Part shown: in pieces, positions 1 to 12,570 of the stretch
How positions within the stretch are numbered: position 1 is the stretch's first letter
How the letters are laid out: each line of letters starts with the position of its first letter
NCBI GenBank assembly: GCA_030390025.1
Contig: CM059432.1
Location: 44,208,001-44,272,000, forward strand
Length of the DNA: 64,000 bases
Direction: 5' to 3'
DNA from: Squalus acanthias
Taxonomy: Eukaryota
The notes under the pieces: model-generated
Told to the model about the DNA's origin: nothing
What the model saw: only the letters and a program-made list of their open reading frames with translations
Databases searched by the model: none
Position numbers and translations under genes: made by a program

Positions 1-526
1 AGTAACGTTTCATGATCTGCTCAGATCATTGAAAGGTTTGCGCCACTGCAGCCTGGTCCTCCTGACGACATCCCTGCTTGTGCCCTCCTGTGCAATGTAC
101 AACCAGGCTGCGTTGATCTCCTGGGGAGGTCTCTTCCACCCATGGGAAGGGAAGAGAACCTCCCTGCATGCTGTGACTCCCTCCATAAAGCATATGAAGG
201 GAGTAATGGGAGAGCCTGGGTGCAGCTGTGCACCTTTGTACAGTGCTTGTCAGTGTTTGCAGCACCTCATTGCTGCAGAACACTGACAGCAGAACTGTCG
301 ATCAATTTGGACATGGCCCCTTTAAGGAAACCAGCTGATGACGCGTCATCAAATGATGTCATCAGACCCGATTCCTATTAATTGGCCGGGAACCTCCCAG
401 GGCAGGCTTAACAAACCCAATCAACAAAAAATCGCTTGGTAATTCAGGCTGAAGTAGGAAGTGGGCTGAGACCGTGACACTGACCTCGGCTGCCCCGGAC
501 CCGCCTCGGTCGGCGAAATCGTGGCC
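1..526 (-). mobile_element. Terminal part of a PIF/Harbinger element carrying the 5' end of a Myb/SANT-like gene
   Basis: Minus strand 22-108 reads AWLYIAQEGTSRDVVRRTRLQWRKPFNDL (Myb/SANT-like). Ends in GAAATCGTGGCC followed by AAT. Subterminal region resembles 38445-38653. Confidence 0.75.
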
Positions 527-529
527 AAT

Positions 530-1710
530 GTCTTTTGAGTGGGAGAAGGACCTAGGAGTTACTTTGCGTGAGTCTCTGAAGATACATGACCACTCCCAAG
601 AGGCTATTGCGAAGCTATAATAGAATACTAGGATGTATAGCGCTGATGAACCAGTATAAAACAAAAGAACCACAGTGTCCTTATACAAGATCCTGGTTAG
701 ACATCATCTGGAATATTGTGTCCCGTTTTGGCCCCCTCACATGGTGGATGATATCGAGGCCCTGGAAAGATTCAAGGAAGGGCCACTAAAATGATCTAGT
801 TTAAAAGCCCTTGGTTATCACAACAGGCTTAGAGAGCTGGGCCTCTTTACATTAGAAAGGCATAGACTTTGGGGTGATTTAATTGAAGTATTCGACAGCA
901 CCTCCCAAACCCACGACCTCGGGCAGCAGGTGTATGGGAACACCATCACCTCCAAGCTCCCCTCCAAGTCACACACCATCCTGACTTGGAAATATATTGC
1001 CATTCCTTCACTGTCGCTGGGTCAAAATCCTGGAACTCCCTCCCTAACAGCACTATGGGAGTACCTTCACCATACGGACTGCAGCGGTTCAAAAAGGCGG
1101 CTCACCACCACCTTCTCAAGGGCAATTAGGGATGGGCAATAAATGCTGGTCTTGCCAGAGATGGCCACATCCCATGAACGAATAATAAAAAAAATGTAAA
1201 TGATGAAGGGACTAGCCTGTATCTGTGTGGACAAATAATTTTAACTAGATAGGTTAGGGTAAACGAGGGGTCATGAATATAAGCTACGTCAACCTAAAAC
1301 TAGGTTAGATATCAGGAGATTCATCTTTACGTAGACAGTTATCGGCACATGGAATAAGTTACTGACTCGTGTGGCGAGTGTGGATTTACTATAACGATTC
1401 AAAAAGGAGCTGGATGAATTATTTTCTGTAGCTAATATCACTGCATACAAAGTTAGTTGGGATGTTGGGTATGTACCTCATGGTCACTGACCTCCTGAAC
1501 TTGTTTTGATCACATTTGGGGGTCGGAGAACAATTTCCCAGATTTTCTTTCCCTCAATTGGCTGAGTGTTTTTAAAATCTGTTTTTCCCTTTCCCAGGAG
1601 ATTACATGGCTGCAGATGGGAGGGAACACTGAGGTTACAATGCTTATTACGTGACTATTTGGGGCATGCCTGATGGACCCAGTGGTCTTTTGCTGTCCGT
1701 ATTTTTGTAT
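530..1710 (+). mobile_element. Old degraded CR1-type LINE 3' portion, interrupted at about 892-1194
   Basis: Degenerate ORF2 C-terminal motifs (KDLGV, RLRELGLFTLERHRLWGDLIEV, then MMKGL resuming after the insert) and a CR1-like 3' UTR. Confidence 0.6.
892..1194 (+). mobile_element. 3' tail of a non-LTR retroelement ending in AATAAA and an A-run
   Basis: The same tail (GCAGCGGTTCAAG..CACCACCACCTTCT..AATTAGGGATGGGCAATAAATGCTGG) recurs at 33700-33838. It splits the older CR1. Confidence 0.65.
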
Positions 1711-2452
1711 GTAGGTACAAATAAGAAGTCCTGCTGTCAGCCACAAAAAGTCTGGTGTCTTAAAGACATTCCTGTTTCTGATTGGACAAAGAAAAAGTCA
1801 TTTGCAACTTTCTGATGAGAAATCAAACCCAGGAGCAAAACATTATCTGGCTCTGCTTCTATTGGTGTACTGTAGCTTTAATTTTAAATTCTATCCTATG
1901 TCTCTTCCTGCTGTTGACCCACTGCTTTGCTCGCCACCCCAAATTGTGCTGTGCTGGGCTTACCAATTAAGAATTGAACTACAATAAATGATACAAACAT
2001 GCGCCAGACCATATGCTACACATAAACAATGTCATGGAGCACAGCAATATTTTTAATATAAAGATTAGGAAATCTAGCTCTTCCTTGTTCCCACCTGGTT
2101 AGTTGGAGTTAGAAATATGGTATCTTGTTGTGTCTGTCAGTATCCCATGTTGCTGCCTGGAAAATGGATTTAGGCTGCAAGTAGGCAGAGAAGCACAGCA
2201 GGAATCTCCTTAGCTTCTCCTTGTTCTATATTGGGCCGAAATTTGCGGTCAGAGATATACCTCCTGAGTACGCCTCTGACCCGAAAAAAAGAAAAATACA
2301 GAAGTACCTGGTGGCTCCCGAGCTTCAGAGTCTTCGGGTCCTGGTCCTACAGGCGTACTCCTGCGTAAAGGCCCACGGATGCCAGGGACTCAGGCGGTTC
2401 GAAAGGGGGATTCCTCATAGGATTCCATTTACGAACGGAATCCCCATAAGCT

Positions 2453-2720
2453 TAGAATCATAGAATGGTTACAGCACGGAAGAAGGCCATTCGGCCTGTC
2501 GAGCTCGTGACGGCTGTCTGCAAGAGCACTTCAGCTAGTCTCACTCCCCCGCCCTTTCCCCGTAGCCCTGCAAATTTCTTTCCTTCAGGCACTTAGCCAA
2601 CTCCCTTTTGAAAGCCGTGATTGAGTCTGCCTCCACCACCCTTTCAGGCAGTGCATTCCAGATCTTAACCACTCGCTGCGTAAAAAAGTTTTTTCTTACG
2701 TCGCCTTTGGTTCTTTTGCT
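2453..2720 (-). mobile_element. CR1 LINE 3' fragment
   Basis: ORF 2541-2735 (RKNFFTQRVVKIWNALPERVVEA) plus ATTCTATG-type tail. Confidence 0.9.
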
Positions 2721-2917
2721 TATGAGAAATCCCAAATAAATAAATAATTAACACAATTGTAATAAAAATAAATATTCCCATGTTCTAAATTTATTAAAAG
2801 TCCCTTTGATTAAGCATTTAAAATAATAAAAACATTTTAATCCGGCCCAAAATGTACATGAACTAATTTTACAGGTTTTTGTATGTTTTAATCATTTTTC
2901 AAATTAACATTTATTTT

Positions 2918-4168
2918 AAGAACATAAGAACATAAGAAATAGGAGCAGGAGTAGGCCATTCGGCCCTTCGAGCCTGCTCTGCCATTCAATGAGATCATGG
3001 CTGATCCTCTGCCTCAACTCCATTCACCGGCCCCATCGCCATATCCCTCTGATGCCCTTACTAGTCAGAAATCTATCGACTTCTGTTTTGAATATACCCA
3101 ATGACTGAGCCTCCACAGCCCTCTGGGGTAGAGAATTCCAAAGATTCACCACCCTCTGTGTGAAGAAATTTCTTCTCATCTCAGTCCTGAATGGCCTTCC
3201 CTTTATCCTGAGGCTGTGGCCCCTGGTTCTAGACTCCCCAGCCAAGGGAAACATTCTCCCAGCATCCATCCTATCAAGCCCTGTAATAATTTTGTATGCT
3301 TCAATGAGATCCCCTCTCATTCTTCTGAATTCAAGAGAATACAGGCCTAGTTTACTCAATCTCTTCTCATACGACAGTCCCGCCATCCCAGGAATCAATC
3401 TCGTGAACCTTCGTTGCACTCCCTCTATGGCAAGTACAGGAATCCCTCCCCAACCGCGGGGGATACGTCCCTGAAAACCCCCGTGGTTAGTAAAACCGTG
3501 GTTGGCAAATTCACTATAAACACAATAAAAAAAAATATAAAAAGCATATAAATAGCATAAAAATCATGTTTTTTACCTTATTCCTAAATTAAAAACCGCG
3601 GATATGCGAAATTCACTGCTGCGGTTGACACAAATTGTCGCAGAGTAGAAACCGTGTAGACGTGAAATCCGCGTATGGCAAACCCGCGGTTGGGGCGGGA
3701 TTCCTGTATATCCTTCCTTAGGTAAGGAGACCAAAATTGTACACAGTACTCCAGGTGTGGTCTCACCAAGGCCCTTTTTAATTGGAGTAAGACTTCTTTA
3801 CTCCTGTACTCAAATCCTCTTTAATGAAGGCTAGCATACCATTTGCCTTCCTAATGGCTTGCTGCACCTGCCATTCACTTTCAGTGACTCATGTACAAGG
3901 ACACCCAGGTCCCTTTGAACATCTGCATTCTCCAATCTTTCACCATTTAGGAAATACTCTGCCTTTCTGTTTTTTCTACCAAAGTGGATAACTTCACATT
4001 TATCCACATTATATTCCATCTGCCATGTTCTCGCCCACTCCCTGAGCCTGTCGAGATCCCCTTGAAGCTTCTTCACATCCTCTTTGCAACTGACACTGCC
4101 ACCTGGCTTTGTATCATCAGCAAATTTGTAAATGTTACATTTAGTCCCCTCATCCAAATCATTGATAT
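2918..4168 (-). mobile_element. 5'-truncated CR1 LINE (RT C-terminal half), split by a MITE
   Basis: ORFs 3831-4157 (KFADDTK), 3584-3769 ([13 protein letters not shown]) and 3024-3419; (TTCTTATG)n tail. Confidence 0.92.
3437..3706. mobile_element. Tigger/pogo-like (Tc1/mariner superfamily) MITE, 270 bp
   Basis: TIRs CAGGAATCCCTCCCCAACCGCGGG / CCCGCGGTTGGGGCGGGATTCCTG. TA is duplicated relative to the host CR1 frame (caagTA[...]TAtatcc). MER2/MER8-like GGGGGATACGT subterminal motif. Confidence 0.85.
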
Positions 4169-4280
4169 TTTAACCCTTATGCTGGTAAAAGCAGGCCCTA
4201 TGCCAGGCATAAGGATTTCGTGGGCATTCACTGGGCAGTAGTTGGGCAAATAGCCCAACTCTGTGCCAGCGAAAGTGTTT

Positions 4281-4708
4281 TATAGAAACATAGAATCTAG
4301 GAGCAGGAGTAGGCCATTCGGCCCGTCGAGCCTGCTCCACCATTCAATACGATCATGGCTGATCATTCAAATCCAGTACCCTGTACCTGCTTTAATCCCC
4401 ACAGTACACATATCCCACCCTACCCCCATAACCCCACGTATTTAATTCCCCCTAACATATCCCATCCTATCCCCATAACCCCACATATTTAATCCCCCCC
4501 TAACACTAAGGGTCAATTTATCATAGCCAAATCAACCTAACCCGCACATTTTTGGACTGTGGGAGGAAACCGGAGCACCCGGAGGAAACCCACGCAGACA
4601 CGGGGAGAATGTGCAAACTCCACACAGACAGTCACCCGAGGTCAGATTCGAACCCGGGTCCCTGGCGCTGTGAGGCACCAGTGCTAACCACTATGCCACC
4701 GTGTTGCC
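4281..4708 (-). mobile_element. HE1-type V-SINE with an internal duplication, fused to a CR1 3' tail
   Basis: tRNA-like head and V-domain (GGGTTTCCTCCGGGTGCTCCGGTTTCCTCCCAC) as in 5295-5610. 4281-4396 is a CR1 tail like 15190-15300. Confidence 0.85.
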
Positions 4709-5294
4709 CCTTTTTGAGGCACATGCAGTCGATCTGTCAAGGCGAACCATGACAGATCACAAGTTCTGAGTTTTTGCGCATGCACAGCGCATACGGAAAC
4801 CTGGAACTTGCGGGGCCATTCTGAGGGCTTACAACGGCATACGCTGTGCGTACGCCATCATCGGCCCTGCAAAATCCAGACCAATGACCCTTGTGGAATA
4901 ACAGTAGTACCAAATTAGAAGAATAATAGATGCATGATTGCATATTTTTGAAAAATTCAGATCATGTCATAAACCAAAAGAACTTTGTTGTAGTGATTAA
5001 TAACTTTTATCTGAAGCTCAGGTTTAAACTAATAAAAGACAAATTTAGCACTGATGTCAGGAGGTTCCTAACATGAAGTTAAATCAATATATAGAGTGGA
5101 CTTCTGGAAGGCAAAAACCCTGGAATAATGAGAGAAACAGCTGGATGCTTTGATAGCTGAGACTGTAGGATCTTTCTGGATCGATGAACTGAGATGGATT
5201 GATGGCATTCCTCATCTATATCTATATTGTGAAAATGAAATTACAGACTTTAAACCACTTCTGTGCATAGGGCCAAGGGGAAAGGTGAGAAGTA

Positions 5295-5610
5295 GCAACA
5301 CGGTGGCATAGTGGTTAGCACTGTTGCCTCACAGCGCCAGGAACCCGGGTTCGAATCCGGCCTCGGATGACTGTCTGTGTGGAGTTTGCACATTCTCCCC
5401 ATGTCTGCGTGGGTTTCCTCCGGGTGCTCCGGTTTCCTCCCACAGTCCAAAGATGTGCGGGTTAGGTTGATTTGGCTATGATAAATTGACCCTTAGTGTT
5501 AGGGGGATTAAATACGTGGGGTTACGGGGATAGGGTGGGATATGTGTCGGTGCAGGCTCGATGGGCCGAAATGGCCTCTATCTGCATTGTGGGGATTCTG
5601 TGATTCTGTG
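5295..5610 (+). mobile_element. HE1-type tRNA-derived V-SINE
   Basis: A box TGGCATAGTGG, B box GGTTCGAATCC, V-domain, CR1-derived tail ending (GATTCTGT)n. Confidence 0.92.
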
Positions 5611-6324
5611 AAGAGAGCTTGGAAATTGTAGGAACCCATTGTGAGGGATCTGCTAATGTAGAATTCAGTGTAGGAGAGACATGGCATGAAGGGAAGTGGA
5701 GTTCTGCTGGAGAAAACCTGGCTATATAGCAGAGAGGTTATGTGGAAGTTTTCAAAGTTAGATATGAAGCCATTATCAGGGACTTGCCCTAAAGATGTAA
5801 TTGAAGCGGAACTGCTGTAAGGGATCTGGCTGATGGGTGAAGGAGCAGGAGACAGAGATTGGAAGCTATTGTGAGAGGAATCATGAACATTGAGGGTGCT
5901 AGCTGTGATGAGAAAGAAACAGAGGAGAAGCTTCTAACATCAGGGTGGGTGGAAACCTGCTGAGAGGGATTGGGCTTGTGGAGTAGAAAATGCAAGCAAT
6001 ATTATATTTCATAATACACAAAATAATCATTGATAACAATCCAACAACATCTAAAGCTAGCATTTGCAAATAGAAAAATTGATATCACATAACCTTGCTT
6101 AACTTGATGAAACAGTTGATACGTTAGTTGTGTAGAAATTATTAAGATTTGGAGGAATAAAAGCAGTAGCCATGTTGTGAATTGTATATAAGTTTTTACC
6201 AACGAGGAGACAGATCTGGCAAGGTAACTAGAGGGTGTTGCAGAGGTACGTTGCAACACTATTCACATTGCTACCAGCATGGTTGCAGACCAGCTGTGCA
6301 AACTTAAGATAAATAAATCTTGAG

Positions 6325-7210
6325 CTGGATAAGATGCATCCAGGGATCCTTAAGGAATGAAGGGAGAAAATTATAGGAACACTGGCACAAATCTTCCAGA
6401 AATCACTGCATATTGGAGAGGTGCCTGGGGACTGGAGAAAGGCAGATCTTATTCCTATTTTTAACAAAGGTAGCAAAAGTGATCCAGGAAACTACATAGC
6501 TGTGAGTTTGATGTCCATTGTGGGTAAAGTTATGGAAAGCCTATGTACAGTTCTGGTTACCACAGTACAAAGAGGATATTGCAGCTATTGAAAAGATACA
6601 GAAAAGAGCAACCAGAAAGATTGAGAGGATGGATTGAGGAGCAATTAAGTAAATTGTGCATGTTATCACTAGAAAAGAGAAAGTTGAGAGGTGAGATGAT
6701 TGCTGTTTTGGGGATTTTAAAGGGACTAGATAATGTAGATCATGACATTTTGTTTCACCTTGTCCAGAACAGTAGAACCAGACAACACGGCCTACACTTG
6801 AAGGGGTAAATTCAAAATTAATCTGTGGAAACATCACTGAACGAGTGGTAAATCTATGGTATAGGCTCCCTAGAGAGACAGTGGATACAGATAGTGTTGA
6901 TTAATCCAAATGAAAATTAGATTTCTTTTCACACATAATATTTTGGAATACAGTATATGTGTAATTTGAGACAGGACATATGCTAAATATAGTATGCTAG
7001 GTAGGAATAGATGATTTTGGACCCATGATTCCCAAAGCTTTCCACCACTGGTGGTTTTCTTTGCCTCATGTCTAGTTCTGCTGTAGACTAACTTATATAG
7101 ATTGATTGCCATGATTAGTCAATAACTCCATTATTATATCATGTGACTACCAGGATAGTAGAGGGTGAACTAAATGGACCTTGGTCTTTTTTCATCTGGC
7201 AATTCCTGTT
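6325..7210 (+). mobile_element. Old, internally deleted CR1 LINE
   Basis: DKMHPGILKE / VPGDWRKADLIPIFNKG joined to VQFW / SLEKRKLRGEMIAV, followed by a CR1-like 3' UTR. Confidence 0.7.
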
Positions 7211-8382
7211 CCTAATAGGAGCTGACTCACAAATGCTTGATGCTGACAACTGGAATAGTGCTCCATACTTTATCACTGAAATCTCCCACTTTGATTAAGA
7301 GAAAACACACTGAAGCATATTGCAAAAAATAAAATGCATTGGGAAGTTTATTTGGGTCTACTAAGAAATTAGGACTATTAAACATTTGCTGAACCCCTGA
7401 ATTTTCTGTCAAATGTTTCATAATAATTTGGAATATTGACTTTGTAAAAACTATGAAAAGTTACACTGGTTTTATTATGAGGACAGTGGTGTAATACTTC
7501 TGGCAACATGCAACTTATTTATATTTTTAGATGGTGGTACAAAAATATTTTATCTTCCCTCCACTTTGGTCTTCTGGGGTTTTAATGAGAAAATGCTAGT
7601 CTGAAATCATCCATTAGGAAGTGTCAGACCAGTTTTGGGGCAATTAATTCCTTCAGTTTTCCTTCTCTGTGAGGAAGTGAATGCTTGGCTGAGATTTGAA
7701 ACTCAGTACATAACAATCATAAATATAACTTGTGTCTACAGCTCTCTGGTTACCTTAATGTTTTTTTTTACCTTGGGTTATCACTGGTGCAGATGAGCTA
7801 AGGAGAAGCTCGCTCTATCACGGCAGACACTAAACAAATTTAAAAAACACTGATTTCTGAACCACTTGTTAAAGTCTGGAGTCTAGGCCTGAATGTAGTA
7901 CATATTTTAAGAGAAATTATTTTAATGACTTTTTAAAATTAAAATGCAATGTTCCAGGATTTACCTTCAACAATGTTTGAAGAAAGTGGTCAGCAGAATA
8001 TAGAATGAGATTTTTCAAAGACACAATTTGTAAATCAATTTGCACAGAGAAAATTGTGCTTAATATTCCTAAAAATAAAACATTCCTAACAACATGAACA
8101 ATTTCTTATCAAGAATTTAAAATAAATTTAGAATGTCCAGTATTTTGGTAAGAAGGAACATGTATTTATATACACCTCCCGGAGATGTCCCAAAGCACTT
8201 TAATGCTAAAATTCATTGATTCAGAATGTATGTGGTTTAGTGTAATTTACAGAAACATTGTATTATATGCTGTGTTATACAGTTATTATGGTTTGAGTCT
8301 TGCATTCATTAGATTGACCAAATGGTTTTAATTGCATAGTTTAAAAACTGCAAGTTTTACAAACAGGATCTCTCCAATAATC

Positions 8383-8464
8383 ATGGATACCACCAGGAAG
8401 GTACCAGTAATTCGCAAATCCCTCAAACCAGCAAGACCATTGCATCGTTTATCTGCTGAGATAG
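8383..8464 (+). CDS. C8orf88: C8orf88 orthologue, first coding exon (MDTTRKVPVIRKSLKPARPLHRLSAEI; exon starts at 8367)
   Basis: Acceptor aaacag at 8366, strong Kozak ATCATGG, donor G|GTAAGT in phase 1. Resembles the human C8orf88 N-terminus as I recall it ([20 protein letters not shown]). Confidence 0.85.
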
Positions 8465-8741
8465 GTAAGTGTCACGGTTTATAGCTTCTGCAGAGCATTG
8501 GTAAATGTTCCATTAGTTTTCCACTAATCTGTGTAAAGATATTTTTAAATAAACTTGCAGAAACTACTTTAACATCCTAATGTGAGTATCAAAAGTATGA
8601 AGCACATCGACAGCACATCTCCACACTGGTAGATGCTGTTGGTACAGTGTGACAACATTTATTATAAGCAATAGAATATGCCATAGTGATTTCAAGAATA
8701 ATCTAATTATTTGGATTTGAATGACAATTACAAACCATTAA

Positions 8742-10206
8742 TTGCAGAGGCTCTGGCCAGAATCTTCCAATCCTCCTTCGATATGGGAGTGGTGCCAGAG
8801 GACTGGAGGAATGCAAATGTTAGACCCCTGTTCAAAAAATGAGAGGGATAAACCCACCAACTACAGGCCAGTCAGCATAATGTCGATGGTGGGTAAACTT
8901 TTAGAGACAATAATCCGGGACAAAATTAATTGGCACTTGGAAAAACATGGGTTAATAAATGAAAGTCACAATGGATTTGTTAAAGGCAAATCGTGTTTGA
9001 CTAACTTGATTGAGTTCTTTGTTGAAGTAACAGAGAGGATAGATGAGGGCATTGTGGTTGATGTTGTGTATATGGACTTTCAAAAGGCATTTGATAAAGC
9101 ACCACATAATAGACTTGTTAGCAAAATTGAAGTTATGGGATTAAAGGAGCAGTGGCTGCTTGGATACAAAATTGCATAAGGAACAGAAAGCAGAGCGTAG
9201 TGGTGAACGGTTGTTTTTTTTTTAAGAGTGGAGGGAAGTATACAGTGGTGTCCCCCAGAGGTCGGTGTTGGGAGCACTGCTCTTTTCAATATATATTAAT
9301 GACCTAGATTTGGGTATACAGGGCATAATTTCAAAGTTTGCAGATGACATGAATTCAGAAATGCAATAAACAGTGAGGAGGATGTAGATAGACTGGTGAA
9401 ATGGGCAAACACATGGCAAATGAAATTTAATGCAGAGAAGTGTGAAGAAGATTCATTTTGGTAGGAAGACTGAGGAGAGGCAATATAAACTAAATGGTAC
9501 AATTTTAAAGGGGGAGCAGTGAGACCTGGGGTTATACATACAATAGTATTTGAAGGAGGCAGGACAAGTTGAGAAGGCTGTTAAAAAGCCATAAGGGATC
9601 CTTGGCTTTATAAATAGAGGCAGAGAGTACAAAAGCAAGGAAGTTATACTAAACCTTTATAAAACACTAGTTAGGCCCCAGCTGGAATATTGTGGCCAAT
9701 TCTAGGCCACACTTTAGGAAGGATGCCAAGGCCTTCGAGAGGGTGCAGAGGAGATTTACTAGAATTGTACCAGGAATGAAAGACTTCAGTTACATGGAGA
9801 GACTAGAGAAGCTGGGGTTTTTCTCCTTGCAGCAGAGAAGGTTAGGGGGTGTTCAAAATCATGAATAGTTTTGATGGAGTAAATAAGGACAAACTTTTTC
9901 CAGTGGCAGAAGGATCAGTAACCAGAGTACACAGATTTAAGGTAATTGGCAAAAGAACCAGAGGCGACATGAGGAAACATCTTTTACGCAGCGAGTTATG
10001 ATCTGGAATGCACTGCCTAAAAGGGTGGTGGAAGCAGATTCAATAATAACTTTCAAAAGGTAATTGAATAAATACTTGGAAGGAGAAAAATTTGCAGGGC
10101 TATGGAGAAAGAACAGGGGAGTGAGACTAATTGGAAAGCTCTTTCAAAGAGCTGGCACAGGCATGAATGGCCGAATGGCCTCCTTCAGTGCTGTATCATT
10201 CTATTA
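8742..10206 (+). mobile_element. CR1 LINE, 5'-truncated and frameshifted
   Basis: NYRPVS, GFVKGKSCLTNL, DFQKAFDK and FADD motifs, followed by the 3' tail. Confidence 0.92.
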
Positions 10207-11039
10207 TCAGAAACCTTTAATTAAGTGCTAGTTTTGTAATCATTCCTAGATATCCATTATTCTATGCAGAAGGTCTTTACCAGATAAAAGAAGAGACATA
10301 ACCTATGAAGGACATCATAAGATTGTGATGTTTAAACTAGTTTAAATCATTGGCTGGTGAAATATGTTTGACAGCATTTTGTAAACTTGTCGTGAAACAA
10401 CAAAATTTCACAACTAGAAATATGTATGTTCTTTTGAATAGGTGATTTGTAAATTTTTAGGTTCCTGTTTTACTTCATTTACCAACATTTCTCAGATTAC
10501 GAACATCCTTTAAAGTTATATCAGCCATGATTAATTCGATGTATACTGACATGTTCACTATGATTGATATGAAAATGGTTTGGACACAGTTGGCTGAAGC
10601 AAATTGACTCTCATCAGTCTGCTCAGTCCACTGGTATGAAATCAGCAGTCTTTTTTCTAATTTTATCTGGGGATATTGCATTTAGACCTGGAATCAGTTG
10701 AAGACAATAGTGGCTTTTGGGCCAGAACTCAATTCTCCTATGGCTGAGGTGGGCTGTGATCTACAACAAAACTAAAAAAAAATGAAGTGCTGGACCCTCC
10801 CAGAATTCAAAAGCCAGTACAATTAGAACAAAGTAACATTATAGTAGATATAGCATTGTAAAATATATACATTTATAAGGTAATTTATGTTTTTTAACAT
10901 TTCATGTGTCACACATTGTTGCATAAATAAAAAAATGAGACTGCAAAGTAAACAATTTTTAAAGTTATTTTTTATAATTCCTACCTGAGGTGGTAATGAA
11001 GATAATTTTAGTTATATACGCTACAAGTGGATTTTTAAC

Positions 11040-12570
11040 TTAGAATTACATATAATTACATAGAATATACAGCACAGAAACAGGCCATTCGGCTCAACCA
11101 TGCCGGCGTTTATACTCCACTCGAGCCTCCTCTCACCCTTCCTCATCTAGTTCTATCAGCATGACCCTCTATTCCCTTCTCCCTCATATGCCTATCTAGC
11201 CTCCCGTTAAATGGATCTATGTTACTCCCCGTGAATCATAGAATCATAGAATTTACAGCACGAAAGGAGGCCATTCGGCCCATCGTGTCCGCGCCAGTCG
11301 ACAAAGAGCTATCCCACTTGCCAGCTCTTGGTCCGTAGCCTTATAGGTTACGGCACTCCAAGTGCACATCCAAATTCTTTTTGAATGTGGTGAGAGTTTC
11401 TGCCTCTACCACCATTTCAGGCAGTGAGTTCCAGACCCCCACTACCCTGGGTGAAAAAAAATCCCCCTGTGGTAGCAAGTTCCACATTCTCGCCACTCTC
11501 TGGGTAAAGAAGTTTCTTCTGAATTCCCAATTTGATTTCTTGGTGATTATTTTATGTTGATGGCCTCTAGTTTTGCTCTTCCCCATAAGTGGAAACACAC
11601 TCTCTCTCTCTCTATCAAAAACCTTTCATAATTTTAAAGATCTCTATTAGGTCACCCGTCAGCCTTCTCTTTCAAGAGAAAAGCCTGTTCATCCTTTCCT
11701 GATCGGTATAACCTTGCATTTCTGGTATCATCCTTGTAAATCTTTTATGCACCCTCTCCAGTGCCTCTATATCCTTTTTATAATATGGCAACCAGAACTG
11801 TACACAGTACTCCAAGTGTGGTCCAACCAAGGTTCAATACAAGTTTAGCATAACTTCTCTATTTTTCAGTCTATCCCTCTAGAAATAAACCCCAGTGCTT
11901 AGTTTGCTTTTATGACCTTATCATAGAAATTTACAGCATAGAAGGAGGCCATTTGGCGCATTGTGTCTGTGCCAGCCGAAAAAGAGCTATCCAGCCTAAT
12001 CCCACTTTCCAGCTCTTTCTCTGTAGTCCTGTAGGTTAAGGCACTGCCAAGTGCATATCCAAGTTCTTTTTTAAATGTGGTGAGGGTTTCTGCCTCTACC
12101 ACCCTTTCAGGCAGTGAGTTCCAGACCCCCACCACTCTCTGGGTGAAAAAAAATTCTCCTCAACTCCCCTCTAATCCTTCTACCAATTACCTTAAATCTA
12201 TGCCCCCTTGTTATTGACCTCTCTGCTAAGGAAATAGGTCCTTCCTATCCACTCTATCTAGGACCCTCATAATTTTATACACCTCAACAACGTCTCCCCT
12301 CAGCCTCCTCTGTTCCAAAGAAAACAACCCCAGCCTATCCAATCTTTCCACATAGCTATTATTAACCTGCGTCGCTACTTTTAGTGATTTGTGTATTTGT
12401 ACTCCCAGATCCCTTTGCTGTTCTAGCCCATTTAGATTCTTATTTTCCAAGTATTATGTGACCTCCTTATTTTTCTTACCAAAATGTAATACCTCACACT
12501 TATCTGTGTTGAAATTCATTTGCCAATTATACAGCCATTCTGCAAGTTTATTAATGTCTTCTTGTAATTA
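11040..12570 (-). mobile_element. Cluster of at least three nested CR1 3' fragments in the same orientation
   Basis: Separate tails start at about 11043, 11233 and 11921. The host frame resumes at about 11463 and 12358 (ORFs 11341-11598, 11899-12135, 12226-12450). Confidence 0.85.

Larger units (their letters stand above)
2233..4882. mobile_element. Probable non-autonomous Harbinger-type element hosting several nested insertions
   Basis: Imperfect TIRs GGGCCGAAATTTGC / GCAAAATCCAGACC with ATT and AAT flanks. G(A/C)GTACGCC motifs near both ends (2266, 2352 reverse, 4848). Confidence 0.5.

Noticed and set aside
5295..5370. tRNA gene
   Set aside because: This is the tRNA-like head of a SINE, continuous with the V-domain and LINE tail; three copies occur in the window.
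10496..10640. Possible exon after ctcag
   Set aside because: Stops occur in all three frames before a usable donor.
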